Shown: one piece after another, positions 28,570 through 38,136 of the stretch
Layout: each line of letters opens with the position of its first letter
Numbering within the stretch: the stretch's first letter is position 1
From: an uncultured delta proteobacterium
GTDB taxonomy: Bacteria; Desulfobacterota; Binatia; UBA9968
Length of the DNA stretch: 43,714 nt
Assembly: GCA_963755715.1 (NCBI GenBank)
Contig: CAVWLW010000047.1
Location: forward strand, 1-43,714
Direction of reading: 5' to 3'
Made by a program: the position numbers and the translations under genes
The notes under the pieces: generated by a model
What the model was told of the DNA's origin: nothing
Database searches by the model: none
The model's input: the letters and a program-made list of their open reading frames with translations, nothing else

Positions 28570-30807
28570 TTAGATGATGACCTTCCCGTTCAGCGCCGCA
28601 TAAACCTTCTCCGACGTAAGCGGTAGGTTGTGCAAGCGCACGCCGACGGCATCCTCGATCGCGTTCGCAATCGCCGCTGCCGTTGGGACGTTGGGGATTT
28701 CGGCTATGGCTTTGCCCTGATACGGCGTGGGGCCGGTAGCGTCCTGCATCAATACAGTCGTGAGCTTAGGGACATCCGCGATCGTCGCCATTTTGAACTC
28801 ACCGAGATTGGCAGTTGCCATTTTCCCATCGATCAACGAATTGTCTTCCATCAGGGCGAAACCCAAACCGGTGACCACTCCGCCGTCGATTTGTCCCTGG
28901 TAGCTCAAATGATTCAAGACGGTGCCGGAGTCGTGGACGGTCGTGAGTTTCTTGACCTTTACTTGGCCAGTGCCGGAGTCGACCTCGACCTCCGCCACCT
29001 GCGCCGCGAAGGACGTTATCGCGGCACGCGACGGTTCATACACGCTCAGGTGAGTGATAGCTCCATGATTTTCTTCGACGGCGAGCCGCATGAGATCGGC
29101 AAACTGCACCGGTTTTTGCCCGGGAACGGTGAAGCCGCCGTTTACGCCTCGTAGATCCTCGGGTTTGCAACCCAAACGGACCGCGGCGGTCGCAACGATT
29201 TTATCTTTGATCTCGACGACGGCCTGATAAGCCGCGGTTCCGACGCTGTTGGTTGACTTGCTACCGCCTGTCCCAGAATCAAACGGCGACTTGTCAGTGT
29301 CTTCCACGCGCACGCTGACGCGCACCATCGGGATATCCAGCACTTCGCTAACAATCTGCTGGACGACCGTGTGAATACCGGGACCGACGTCGGGCACGCC
29401 TAGGTGCACGTTAACGCGGCCATCGGGTTCAATAGTGATCGCCGCGCCGGATTTTCCCGCGCCCGACGGTCGCTCGTAGACGGCCACGCCGCGGCCTACG
29501 TTTTTTCCCTTGGGTTTTTTCCAGCCGGAAGTATCGAGCGCTTTCTTCAAGATATCTTTGACGACAATGCCTTTCAGTTTTTGACCGAAGGGCGTCGCGT
29601 CGCCGTCGTCGAGCAGATTTTTCATGCGAAACTCGACGGGGTCCGTACCCAGCTCGCGCGCGATAATGTCGATCTGCGACTCCATGGCGAAAGTCGTCTG
29701 CGGGCTGCCCGGCGTGCGCGTCTGCGTGCAAGGAACCTGATTAGTATAAGCGCAGATCGTTTCGACCTGGATCGCGGGAATCCGATAGTAGCTGGCGACG
29801 CGACGGGGTCCTTGCACTGTGACTTCGGCATTTGCTTTCAGTGCCGCGTAGCCGCCGCCGCTGAAAATAGCCCGCGCGTGCAACGCGCAGAGTTTGCCGT
29901 CGTCGTCCACGCCGGTGCGCAAAGTGATAACGGCAGGGTGGCGATGTGAGATGGCCGTCAACTCCTCGGTATAATCGAGCACCATTTTAACGGGCTTACC
30001 CGTGCGCCGCGCGAGGAAGTAACAGACCGGCGCTTCGACCACTGAAGTTTTGCCGCCGAAATCGCCGCCGACGGGAAGAATATGCACTTTAACCTTCACG
30101 GGATCGAGACCGAGATCGCGCGCAAAGCGATCGCGCAACGTGAACGGCGCTTTATTCGAAGCCCAGATTTCGATCTGGCCATCGTCATGGACCTGTACCG
30201 TACACGCGTGCGGCTCGATATAGCCGTGAAATCCCAACGGCGTGCGAAAGGTATGCTCGAAGACCCGCGCCGCTTTTTTGAATCCTGCGTCGACGTCGCC
30301 ATTGCTCCAATGACCGTAGGATTGAATGTTGGGCAGTTCGGTCGAGCGCTCCGGAGCGTTTTTATACGCTCCGGGATTATCGTGCAGCACCGGCGCGCCT
30401 GGCCGTATCGCCTCGACGGGGTCGGTGACGTAGGGCAACGCTTCGTATTGAACGTCAATCAGGTTCATCGCTTCTTCGGCGATCTCAGCGCTGTCCGCCG
30501 CCACCGCTGCGACCGGTTCGCCAACGTAGCGCACCCGCTCAGTCGCCAACAGGGGCATGTCTTTCATTCGCAGGCCAACCATCACCGCAGGTATGTCGGC
30601 GCCAGTGATAATTGCGCGGACGCCCGGCAATCGCTCGGCCTTTGACTTATCGATCTTAACGATGCGCGCATGCGGCAGTGAGCTGCGCAAAATCTTTGCG
30701 CAGAGAGAGCCGGGAATTTCAAAATCTGCCGCATAACGCAGCTTGCCGGAAACTTTTTCCGCGCCTTCGAGTCTCGGAACCGCTTTGCCGACGAATTTGT
30801 ATGCCAT
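28570..30807 (-). CDS. xanthine dehydrogenase family molybdopterin-binding subunit, paralog 2
   Basis: MAYKFVGKAVPRLEGAEKVSG, HGYIEP, GGDFGGK, GQIDGG, GKAIAE; GGAGG RBS. Confidence 0.92.
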   Translation of the reverse strand: MAYKFVGKAVPRLEGAEKVSGKLRYAADFEIPGSLCAKILRSSLPHARIVKIDKSKAERLPGVRAIITGADIPAVMVGLRMKDMPLLATERVRYVGEPVAAVAADSAEIAEEAMNLIDVQYEALPYVTDPVEAIRPGAPVLHDNPGAYKNAPERSTELPNIQSYGHWSNGDVDAGFKKAARVFEHTFRTPLGFHGYIEPHACTVQVHDDGQIEIWASNKAPFTLRDRFARDLGLDPVKVKVHILPVGGDFGGKTSVVEAPVCYFLARRTGKPVKMVLDYTEELTAISHRHPAVITLRTGVDDDGKLCALHARAIFSGGGYAALKANAEVTVQGPRRVASYYRIPAIQVETICAYTNQVPCTQTRTPGSPQTTFAMESQIDIIARELGTDPVEFRMKNLLDDGDATPFGQKLKGIVVKDILKKALDTSGWKKPKGKNVGRGVAVYERPSGAGKSGAAITIEPDGRVNVHLGVPDVGPGIHTVVQQIVSEVLDIPMVRVSVRVEDTDKSPFDSGTGGSKSTNSVGTAAYQAVVEIKDKIVATAAVRLGCKPEDLRGVNGGFTVPGQKPVQFADLMRLAVEENHGAITHLSVYEPSRAAITSFAAQVAEVEVDSGTGQVKVKKLTTVHDSGTVLNHLSYQGQIDGGVVTGLGFALMEDNSLIDGKMATANLGEFKMATIADVPKLTTVLMQDATGPTPYQGKAIAEIPNVPTAAAIANAIEDAVGVRLHNLPLTSEKVYAALNGKVII

Positions 30808-30840
30808 CTGCCTCCTCCAACGGGTCGGATTGCTGGATGG

Positions 30841-30888
30841 TGGAGTATTGGAGTGATGCGCTCCGAAACCCAACACTCCAATACTCCA
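30841..30888. repeat. TGGAGTA-type intergenic palindrome
   Basis: 15-bp perfect inverted repeat tggagtattggagtg/cactccaatactcca; related half copy at ~33885-33906. Confidence 0.7.
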
Positions 30889-30902
30889 TTATCCCATTCT
30901 TT

Positions 30903-31884
30903 TTAGATTTTGACCTTGGTAAAAACTTTGAGGGGATTCTTCTGAAAGATTTTCAGTTTATCCTCGGCGCTCAGGAATCCCAGGCTGTCGATGATGGGAA
31001 CGAGATCGTCCGAGGGCTTGCCCGTTTCTGGACGAACGGCGCCGCCGGAGCCGGGGGATTCGCTGCCGAAGAGCATCTGATCGACTCCGCGCTGCTTGAT
31101 GGCGGCTTCTAGATAGTTAACGTCATAGCAGCAGGCATCATAAAAAAGATTGGTGTTAAGCCCCGCCTTACCGACGTGGTGATCGGTGGGAATAAATCGA
31201 TTCAGGCCGCCGCCACAATGGCAAATGACAATTTTGAGCTTGGGAAAAGTTTCGAAGACTTTGCTGTGCGAATAGAGCTGCATGGCGACGAACTCTTCGA
31301 GGTAATTGTTCATCTGATAGTTCGCCGGGATGATTTCCAGACGTTTGTCGTAGCTGATCGACGGGTGAACCATCAGCGGCACATCCAGCTGGATCGCCTT
31401 CTCGTAAAGAGGATACCAGTACTCTTCGTGTACGCCCGGCGTTTGCTTGTCGCCAGCGGGATCGGGATTCAAATATGCCCCGACGAAGCCCAATTCTTTG
31501 ATGCAGCGCTCGAACTCGGCTAGACAATGGCGCGTGTCTTTGTCCCTGGATTGCGGCAGCTGCGCCATGCCGCGGAAGCGGTCGGGATGGAGCTTGACGA
31601 TGCGCGCGATTACGTCGTTGGTCGTCTTCGCCCAGAACTCTTGCAAGAAGGGGCCGCATCCAGTGCCACATGGCGATCGGCCGCGGGCCGATCAATTGGA
31701 CGTCGATGTTACGATCGTCCATGAATTTCAGATGGCGTTGCTGGGCGGCTTCCAGTTGCTCATCGGTGACTTCCAGTTTTCTGCCGGGTGTATTCTGTGA
31801 AACGATCTCGGCGAGAAACTGGCGAAATCCCGCCGGGGTAGTCATGTGACCGTGAACATCGACGACTTTTTGTCCATTATGCAT
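30903..31884 (-). CDS. amidohydrolase_2 family protein (LigJ/ACMSD-like; apparent +1 indel ~31650)
   Basis: VDVHGH, WYPLYEKA..LDVPLMVHP, FPKLKIVICHCGG, MLFGSE.P. Confidence 0.88.
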
Positions 31885-31947
31885 AAAAGTCTCCTTTTGG
31901 GCTTTTCTGATTTAGTGCAATTCTGAATTCACGAATGTGGGAACGTG

Positions 31948-32031
31948 TGTCATCTCGAGCAGAGCGAGAGATCCTTTCCTAGTTCTTCACTAGCGATCTA
32001 AGAAAGATTTCTGCCTAGGGTCGAAATGACA
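31948..32031. repeat. TGTCA-ended REP-like inverted doublet
   Basis: TGTCATctcgag...gagAGATC ... AGATTTC...tcgaaATGACA. Confidence 0.65.
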
Positions 32032-32047
32032 GAGCAACTCCAAATAC

Positions 32048-33263
32048 TCAATCCTCTTCCGGCGCGGGCACCTGGTGCTTCAAGAAGATTTCCTTGCGTT
32101 CCTTGCGCCGATTGTATGAGCGCCAGACACACTTCCAAGGTCGCCATGCCCCAGGGGCCGGTATGGCGGATCGGCTTGTCGAGCACGACGGCATTGTAGA
32201 GCTCCATCAGCTCACCACGGCGCGAGGGTCCACCGCCGCCGATGAGCGGAACATCTTTGGTGCCTTCGTCACTGTGAACGAACAGGCCGAATTGCGATTG
32301 GCGGATATCGCCCTTCTCGCAAGTCGCGACAAGGATGCCGAGATCGTTGGGCAGCCACGGCTTGGCTTTGCTACGGTCGCGGACTTCCCGCTCATGCGCG
32401 CCGCCGATGCGCATCTCGTCTTTGTCGGCGTTTTCGTTACGCGTGCCATCTAAGAGTGACTTTCGGATCGCCGCGCGCTCGGCTTCGCTGTAACGGCTGT
32501 TCTGGCCGCCCCAGGGCACCAGTTCTGACGCGAGGAAGTAGCCGTAACCATTGTGCATCAGCGTCGCTGGCGTGCCGTCTTCGAATTCTAAAAATCCCGA
32601 ATAGTAACCGGCGATCGGCCGTCCTTTAAACCATTGTCCGGTCGAACCGCGCACACTGCGCACCAAGCCACCGCCGAGCAATCGCAGTGTATCGATTTGG
32701 TGCGGCCCTTGGCGGTAAGGGACGCCGCCGCCTTGGTTGATGTCCAGCTCTTCCGCCGTGCGCGGCCGGAGCATCCAATCCGTGTACGCCCAGACGTGCA
32801 GCGCGCAAAGCCTGCCCAATTCGCCGGAGCGAATGATCTTGCGCATGGTGCGAATATGCGGGCCGAAGCTCTGCGTGTGGCCGCACAGAAGCTTGACCTT
32901 GTTCTTGATCGACGCCTCGATCATCTGCTCCGCTTCCTGAAGCGAAATCGCCATCGGTTTTTCGACGACGACATGTTTACCGGCATTGGCAGCGATGATC
33001 GAGTGCGGCGCGTGAAATCGGTTTGGCGTGGAGATCCAGACCGCTTCGACGTCTGGATCGGCGCAGAGCTTGTCGACGCTGTCATAGGTCTTCGCGCCAT
33101 AGCGTTGGCGGAATGTTTCCAGCACGCGCGGGTTGATGTCAGCCGCGGCGACCAATTCAAATTCGGCCATCTGTTCCATCGCCGGCAGGATTTCTGATGC
33201 GCCGACGCCGATACCGACGATACCGAGCCTTAACTTTCGTCCCGTGCTTGATTCAGGCATCAT
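32048..33263 (-). CDS. Gfo/Idh/MocA family oxidoreductase (apparent +1 indel ~32105)
   Basis: GIVGIGVGA, ISTPNRFH, GKHVVVEKPM, RQGPHQID; corrected end SAKERKEIFLKHQVPAPEED*. Confidence 0.9.
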
Positions 33264-33407
33264 TTTTCCCGTTCGTAGCTTTAGAATCATCTTTACTTAA
33301 CAGATGAAGGGGCGCGTCTGTCAAGCTGATCGCAAACGTAGCTCGACAGGCGCTTCCCTGAAGTTAGTCCATTTGTTAGATTAGCCCCGTCTTTGGAGGC
33401 CAATTAT

Positions 33408-33872
33408 ATGAATCGATTGTTAAGAGTTGTGGCAGCATTGATTTATCTGAGCCTGGCGCTGTCGCCGGTTATGAGTTACGCGCAGCCAAGGACTCCTGCT
33501 CCGACGATTACCGTCTACAAGACACCGACCTGAGACTGTTGTGATGGCTGGATGAGCCATCTCGAAAAGAACGGCTTCAAAGTCGAAAAGAAAATTGTCT
33601 TTGGCAAAGGCTTCACGGACCTCAAGCGCAAGCACGGCGTGCCGGAAAAGCTTTTCGCCTGCCACACTGCGCTGATCGAAGGCTACATTGTCGAGGGCCA
33701 TGTGCCAGCGGATCTGATCTACAAACTGTTAAAGGAAAAACCGCAGGTGCTCGGACTCGCGGTCCCGGGCATGCCCGTCGGTTCACCGGGCATGGAAGGC
33801 GGCAAGCCTGAGCCCTATGAAGTTTTGACCTTCGACAAGAGCGGCCGGACGACTGTGTATGCGATGCGGTAG
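33408..33872 (+). CDS. DUF411 family secreted metal-binding/thioredoxin-like protein, probable selenoprotein (UGA 33531-33533)
   Basis: GGAGG RBS, signal peptide, VYKTPT-UGA-DCCDGW aligns to family VYKxPxCGCCxxW; CHTA, EGHVPA, GLAVPGMPVGSPGME. Confidence 0.88.
33543..33561 (+). promoter_or_regulatory. bacterial SECIS-like hairpin
   Basis: GATGGCT-GGATG-AGCCATC, 7-bp stem, loop starts with G 16 nt after the UGA. Confidence 0.75.
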
Positions 33873-33900
33873 AAGAACGAAGTGTTGGAGTAATGGAGTG

Positions 33901-34902
33901 ATGGGAAATCTGAAGATTGCTCGCCTGATTGCAGCCATAGTGTTGGCGCTCTGCGCCGCTGCGCCTTCACTGGCTCAGGAGAAAAAGAACATTCGCATGG
34001 TCTTTGTCAGCCTGGCGTGGAATAGCGAGCTGCCGTTTCGTGCGGCGCTGGCGCGCGGCTATTTCAAATCCCAGGGACTGCAGATCGAGCCGATTCTGAT
34101 TCGCGGCGGGCCGGCAGCAATCGCCGCCTTGATTTCCGGGGAAGTTGATTTTGCCAGCATCGGCGGCGCGCAAGCGATTTTCCGCGGCAAGGCGCGCGGT
34201 TTGGATTTGGCGATTATTGGCTGTATTTCCAGCACGACCAATTACATCCTGCTCGGCAATAAACAGACGCGCACGGTCGAAGAACTGAAAGGTAAGCCCA
34301 TCGGCATTACCGGCGCCGGCACCTATTCGGAATTCGCCGTTAAGGCGTTTTTGAAAAAGAACAATATCAATCCGGATAAAGACGTCGTACTACGCGCCAT
34401 CGGCGGCACGGTATTGCGCGCGGCGGCGATCGAGAAGGGGATCATCGCGGCGGCGCCGTTTTCGACGGAAGACGCGGTGCGGCTCATCAAAGCCGGCTAT
34501 TCGGTGATCAGCAACATGAACGAATCTTTGGGCATCCCGCAAAATATCATTGTCACCCGCAATGAAGTCCTGGAGAAGTACCCGGAAACCAGCAAGCGGG
34601 TTTTGAAGGCGTATATCCAAGGTATCCAACTCGCCAAGTTCAACAAGAAAGAAGCGATCAAAGCGGGGTATGACTCGGGGATGCAGGGTGAGCCCGATGT
34701 CGTCAGCGCAGCTTGGGATCTCTACTCGCCCGGCCTGACCGCCGATTTGTCGATCGCGGTGCCGGGTATCCAACAGATGCTCGACGAAGATATTCGCGCC
34801 GGCTTCGTCGACAAGAACTTCACCGTCGATCGGGTGATCAACGACCGACTCTTAAAGGTCGCCCAACAGGAACTAAGGGCCGAAGGAAAGCTCAAACAGT
34901 AG
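33901..34902 (+). CDS. ABC substrate-binding protein (NMT1/SsuA/TauA-like)
   Basis: Signal peptide, RGYFKSQGL, AALISGEVDF, ELKGKPIG. Confidence 0.88.
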   Translation: MGNLKIARLIAAIVLALCAAAPSLAQEKKNIRMVFVSLAWNSELPFRAALARGYFKSQGLQIEPILIRGGPAAIAALISGEVDFASIGGAQAIFRGKARGLDLAIIGCISSTTNYILLGNKQTRTVEELKGKPIGITGAGTYSEFAVKAFLKKNNINPDKDVVLRAIGGTVLRAAAIEKGIIAAAPFSTEDAVRLIKAGYSVISNMNESLGIPQNIIVTRNEVLEKYPETSKRVLKAYIQGIQLAKFNKKEAIKAGYDSGMQGEPDVVSAAWDLYSPGLTADLSIAVPGIQQMLDEDIRAGFVDKNFTVDRVINDRLLKVAQQELRAEGKLKQ

Positions 34903-34906
34903 GGGC

Positions 34907-35920
34907 GTGATGAAGCTTTGCAGTTCGGTTATTCGGCTCTCCGTATGGGTCCTATATGTCCTATTGGCCCTATACGCCGGCGCGTCATCCGCGCAGGAAA
35001 AGAAAAATCTGCGGGTGGTATTTACCGGCCTAGCGTGGAACAGCGAGCTACCGTTTCGCGTCGCGCTCGCGCGCGGCTTTTTCAAGGCGCAGGGACTAGA
35101 AGTCCAGCCGATCTTCGTGCGCGGCGGGCCGGCGGCTCTGGCCGCGCTTTCTTCCGGCGAAGTCGATTTTGCCGAGATCGGCGGGGCCCAAGCCATCATG
35201 CGCAGCCGGGCCCGCGGCCTCGACGGTGTCATCATCGGCGCGATTTCGAACGCGACGAACTACCAGATCGTCGGCAGCAAGTCGACGCGGACCCTCGAAG
35301 ACATGAAAGGCAAGATCGTCGGAGTTACCGGAGCAGGCGCGTTTTCCGATTTTGCAATGCGAATATTTCTACGGAGAAAGGGCATTGATCCTGACAAGGA
35401 TGTTACGTTGCGCGCCATCGGTGGCAGCAACCTACGCGCCGGCGCGTTGGAAAAGGGCATCGTGGCGGCGGCGCCGTTCGCGCCGGACGATACCGTGCGA
35501 CTCACGCGTCTCGGGTTCCCGATGCTCGCCAACTTGAGCGACACGCTCATTATCCCACAAACAATCTTAACCTCGAGAGTCGATTTCTTGGAGAAAAATC
35601 CGGAGACGAGTAAGCGCTTTTTGAAAGCGCTGATTCTTGGAATCCAGCTCGCTAAATTCAACAAGGCCGACGCGATCAAAGCAGGATTCGACGCCAAGCT
35701 GCAAGGCGAAATCGAGCTCGTCAACCAAGCCTATGACTTGTATGCGCCCGCGCTGAGCGGCGATTTGTCGGTCAATGTGCCGGGTCTTCAGTTTATGCTC
35801 GACGAAGATAAGCGCAACGGCTTGGTCGACGGCAAGTTTACCTTGGAGCGCGTCGTCAACGACAAGACTCTCAAATTGGCGCAGCAAGAGCTGCGCGCGG
35901 AAGGTCGGCTCAAGCCGTAG
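34907..35920 (+). CDS. ABC substrate-binding protein (NMT1/SsuA/TauA-like), tandem paralog
   Basis: Shares LAWNSELPFR, RGGPAA.AAL.SGEVDFA and AQQELRAEG with the previous gene. Confidence 0.88.
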   Translation: MMKLCSSVIRLSVWVLYVLLALYAGASSAQEKKNLRVVFTGLAWNSELPFRVALARGFFKAQGLEVQPIFVRGGPAALAALSSGEVDFAEIGGAQAIMRSRARGLDGVIIGAISNATNYQIVGSKSTRTLEDMKGKIVGVTGAGAFSDFAMRIFLRRKGIDPDKDVTLRAIGGSNLRAGALEKGIVAAAPFAPDDTVRLTRLGFPMLANLSDTLIIPQTILTSRVDFLEKNPETSKRFLKALILGIQLAKFNKADAIKAGFDAKLQGEIELVNQAYDLYAPALSGDLSVNVPGLQFMLDEDKRNGLVDGKFTLERVVNDKTLKLAQQELRAEGRLKP

Positions 35921-35923
35921 GCC

Positions 35924-36340
35924 GTGGAAGCGGAAACGATCGCACCGGCGATTGCATTGCGACAGGTGTACGCGCACCGGCACCCCACGACGGACGACTG
36001 GAGCATCGGCTGGACTGTCGAAAACAAGAAGGCTCAATCACTTAAAATTTCTTCCGTGCGCTTGCCGCACGGACAGTTCAAAGCGCAGGAACGAAAGTTC
36101 GAGCCCGCGCTGAATTTGACCGGCGGGGCCAGCGCGGAATTTGAAACTTTAGTTCATTGCAAAGAGCCGCCTGGGCTGGTCACTGAGAATGCTTTTGTGA
36201 TTTTCTACGTCAGTTGGTTGAATGCGTCGTGGCGGATTTTTGTGCGCGTCCGGGTCGAGGTCGATGCGCAATTGGCCCCCGCAACAGCGGTCGAATCGAT
36301 TACCACGCAGAGAGTCGGATTCTCGGAGAGCACCGCGTGA
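35924..36340 (+). CDS. hypothetical protein (beta-rich)
   Basis: 138-aa ORF starting 3 nt after the previous stop. Confidence 0.7.
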   Translation: MEAETIAPAIALRQVYAHRHPTTDDWSIGWTVENKKAQSLKISSVRLPHGQFKAQERKFEPALNLTGGASAEFETLVHCKEPPGLVTENAFVIFYVSWLNASWRIFVRVRVEVDAQLAPATAVESITTQRVGFSESTA

Positions 36341-36377
36341 CCGCTTAAACAAACTATTGAAAGGATCGGATGCGATC

Positions 36378-36599
36378 GTGGCTGGCAAAGAGGAAGATCT
36401 CTATATCCTGAAACGCATGCGTGGTTGACACAGCAACTGAGGCCTCGGCTTCGAAGAGACCACGGGTATGGTCTCCAACACGGTGAAGATGGATCAGAAG
36501 GATGTCGTCGCAGCGCTCAAACGCTTGAAGGCAAATCATAGCGACGATCCGGAATACAAAAAGCTAAGAAAAGATTTGCCGAGGGAGTGGCCGATTTAA
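36378..36599 (+). CDS. putative 73-aa selenoprotein with two in-frame UGA (U-H-S-N-U)
   Basis: GTG start; MAGKEEDLYILKRMRG-U-HSN-U-GLGFEETTGMVSNTVKMDQKDVVAALKRLKANHSDDPEYKKLRKDLPREWPI-TAA; fills the gap between flanking genes. Confidence 0.65.
36456..36475 (+). promoter_or_regulatory. bacterial SECIS-like hairpin
   Basis: GAGACCA-CGGGTA-TGGTCTC, 7-bp stem, G-rich loop 22 nt after the second UGA and 34 nt after the first. Confidence 0.6.
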
Positions 36600-36632
36600 T
36601 TCAGTTTCCAGTTTCGAGTTTTCACTGATTGG

Positions 36633-37406
36633 CTAAACACGCGCCTTGGTCAGACGTACTTTTGGTTGGCGAAGCTTTAAATCTGATACACCACTCCAGA
36701 ATTCTCTTTTTCCCGTCATCGCCTGCACATGACCATCCCATTCCAGCGTGAATGCGGTTAATCCTAGCTTCACTGCGGCGCGGACTTTGTTTTGTGTTGT
36801 TTCGTCTATTGCTAACTGGCGAATCGCATCGATCTGTCGGCTGCCATGGCCTTCGTCTTCTTCGGCATGAAGTTGGTAGGTTTCCGCTGCGCGCGCCGAG
36901 AAACCGTAGTGGCCCGTAAGCTCGCGGTAGACCTTTTCGGATATTTTGCCGGCGCCGCCGAGTTGGCTTTCGACAAAGGCGAGCATGGCGACGCCTTCGA
37001 GCGCAGAACGGCGCTGGCAACAGCCGATGATCATTTCGATTGCGGCCAAGGTTCCCGGCGCAGGCTCGGCATTGTCGGCTTCTTCCCGCGCAATCCCGCC
37101 CTCCTCAAGAAACTGCAGCATGATATCGACGTGGGTGCGTTTGCCGCCGAGCTCTTCCATGAAATTTTCCAGAACCGTGTTCATCACGGCGTATGCTTTA
37201 TCGCTGACCGCATTGACGGCCATATAACCGAAAAAGATCGGGTTAGTGCGGACTCTTAAATAGTGTTGAACTTCACCTAAAATAATCTGCTCCCGCGACC
37301 AGCGGTGCTTGATGATGCCGTCGAACCAAGGATGCTGCTCCGTCGACACCTCGGCGGCGTATCCCCAAAGCTCATCGACAAATTCATCTGGCGTCATAAT
37401 ATGCAT
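36633..37406 (-). CDS. TenA/PqqC/CADD-like heme-oxygenase-fold redox protein
   Basis: HPWF, ENFMEELGG..THVD, VE.Q, LHAEEDEGH putative di-iron ligands. Confidence 0.85.
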   Translation of the reverse strand: MHIMTPDEFVDELWGYAAEVSTEQHPWFDGIIKHRWSREQIILGEVQHYLRVRTNPIFFGYMAVNAVSDKAYAVMNTVLENFMEELGGKRTHVDIMLQFLEEGGIAREEADNAEPAPGTLAAIEMIIGCCQRRSALEGVAMLAFVESQLGGAGKISEKVYRELTGHYGFSARAAETYQLHAEEDEGHGSRQIDAIRQLAIDETTQNKVRAAVKLGLTAFTLEWDGHVQAMTGKREFWSGVSDLKLRQPKVRLTKARV

Positions 37407-37575
37407 CTAGCTCACATAAGCGCGAATGTCCATCAGGATCCCGCCCGAATGCATCGCTGCACCGCGCCTATCGCATGCTACTAATTTATAACTTTGAAAG
37501 TACCAAAAAAGTAACTAGTTTTATTGGAAATAAGAATGTGAGTTTCTCTTTTTTCTCTCGCCAATATTGCTCATC

Positions 37576-37881
37576 TTATTCCTTAAGCGCGCGCACCATC
37601 GTGACCACGCTCTTGTTGACCGCTAAGAACGGCGCATCCCATTTCATGTCAGGGTCCGGCAGCACTTCGACACAGACGTTAGTCAACGCCAGAAAAGTCT
37701 TCTCGGGGTTATTCAAAAAATCCGATAACCTAGCGCTGTAACCGTCCTTGCCCGCCAACGGTACGAACAAAGTCCCGCGAATTTTATAAGTATCGGTCAA
37801 AATCTCTACTTCAACCTGTTTGCCTTTGAATCTCGATGCTGCTGCTTCCGCCATTGCCGCCTCCTGCGCGAACTTTATCAA
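37576..37881 (-). CDS. conserved hypothetical protein (DUF6812-like)
   Basis: IRGTLFVP...RLSDFLN...FLALT...FLAVNK; likely start 37854 after CAGGAGG. Confidence 0.75.
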   Translation of the reverse strand: MIKFAQEAAMAEAAASRFKGKQVEVEILTDTYKIRGTLFVPLAGKDGYSARLSDFLNNPEKTFLALTNVCVEVLPDPDMKWDAPFLAVNKSVVTMVRALKE

Positions 37882-38136
37882 GCTTGGCGCGCCATTATTG
37901 TTTCACTTCGCTGGATAAAAAGAAATATTTACCTCCATTAGCACCAGCTCGCATGCTCCGTGCGTGGCTGTCGAGCGGTTTCGCAGCATAGGCGGCTTCA
38001 AAGGCCAAATGGTTTCTGTTAGCTGTGAAATCATGGTTGGACGCTGCTCGCACGGGTATCTTTCGAGAAATCTCGGGAAATTCTTTCGCCGCGATGAGGG
38101 ATTCCGATTGACTGGTCAGCAAAATATAATCTGGCC

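Noticed and set aside
33531-36440. Genome-wide UGA reassignment (Trp/Gly) as the explanation for the in-frame UGAs
   Set aside because: Many conserved genes here terminate at UGA (ybaB, pit, pstA, pstC), and the DUF411 UGA aligns with Cys.
36354-36539. 61-aa minus-strand ORF and other long antisense ORFs across the window
   Set aside because: Shadow frames of genes on the opposite strand, typical of GC-rich coding DNA.
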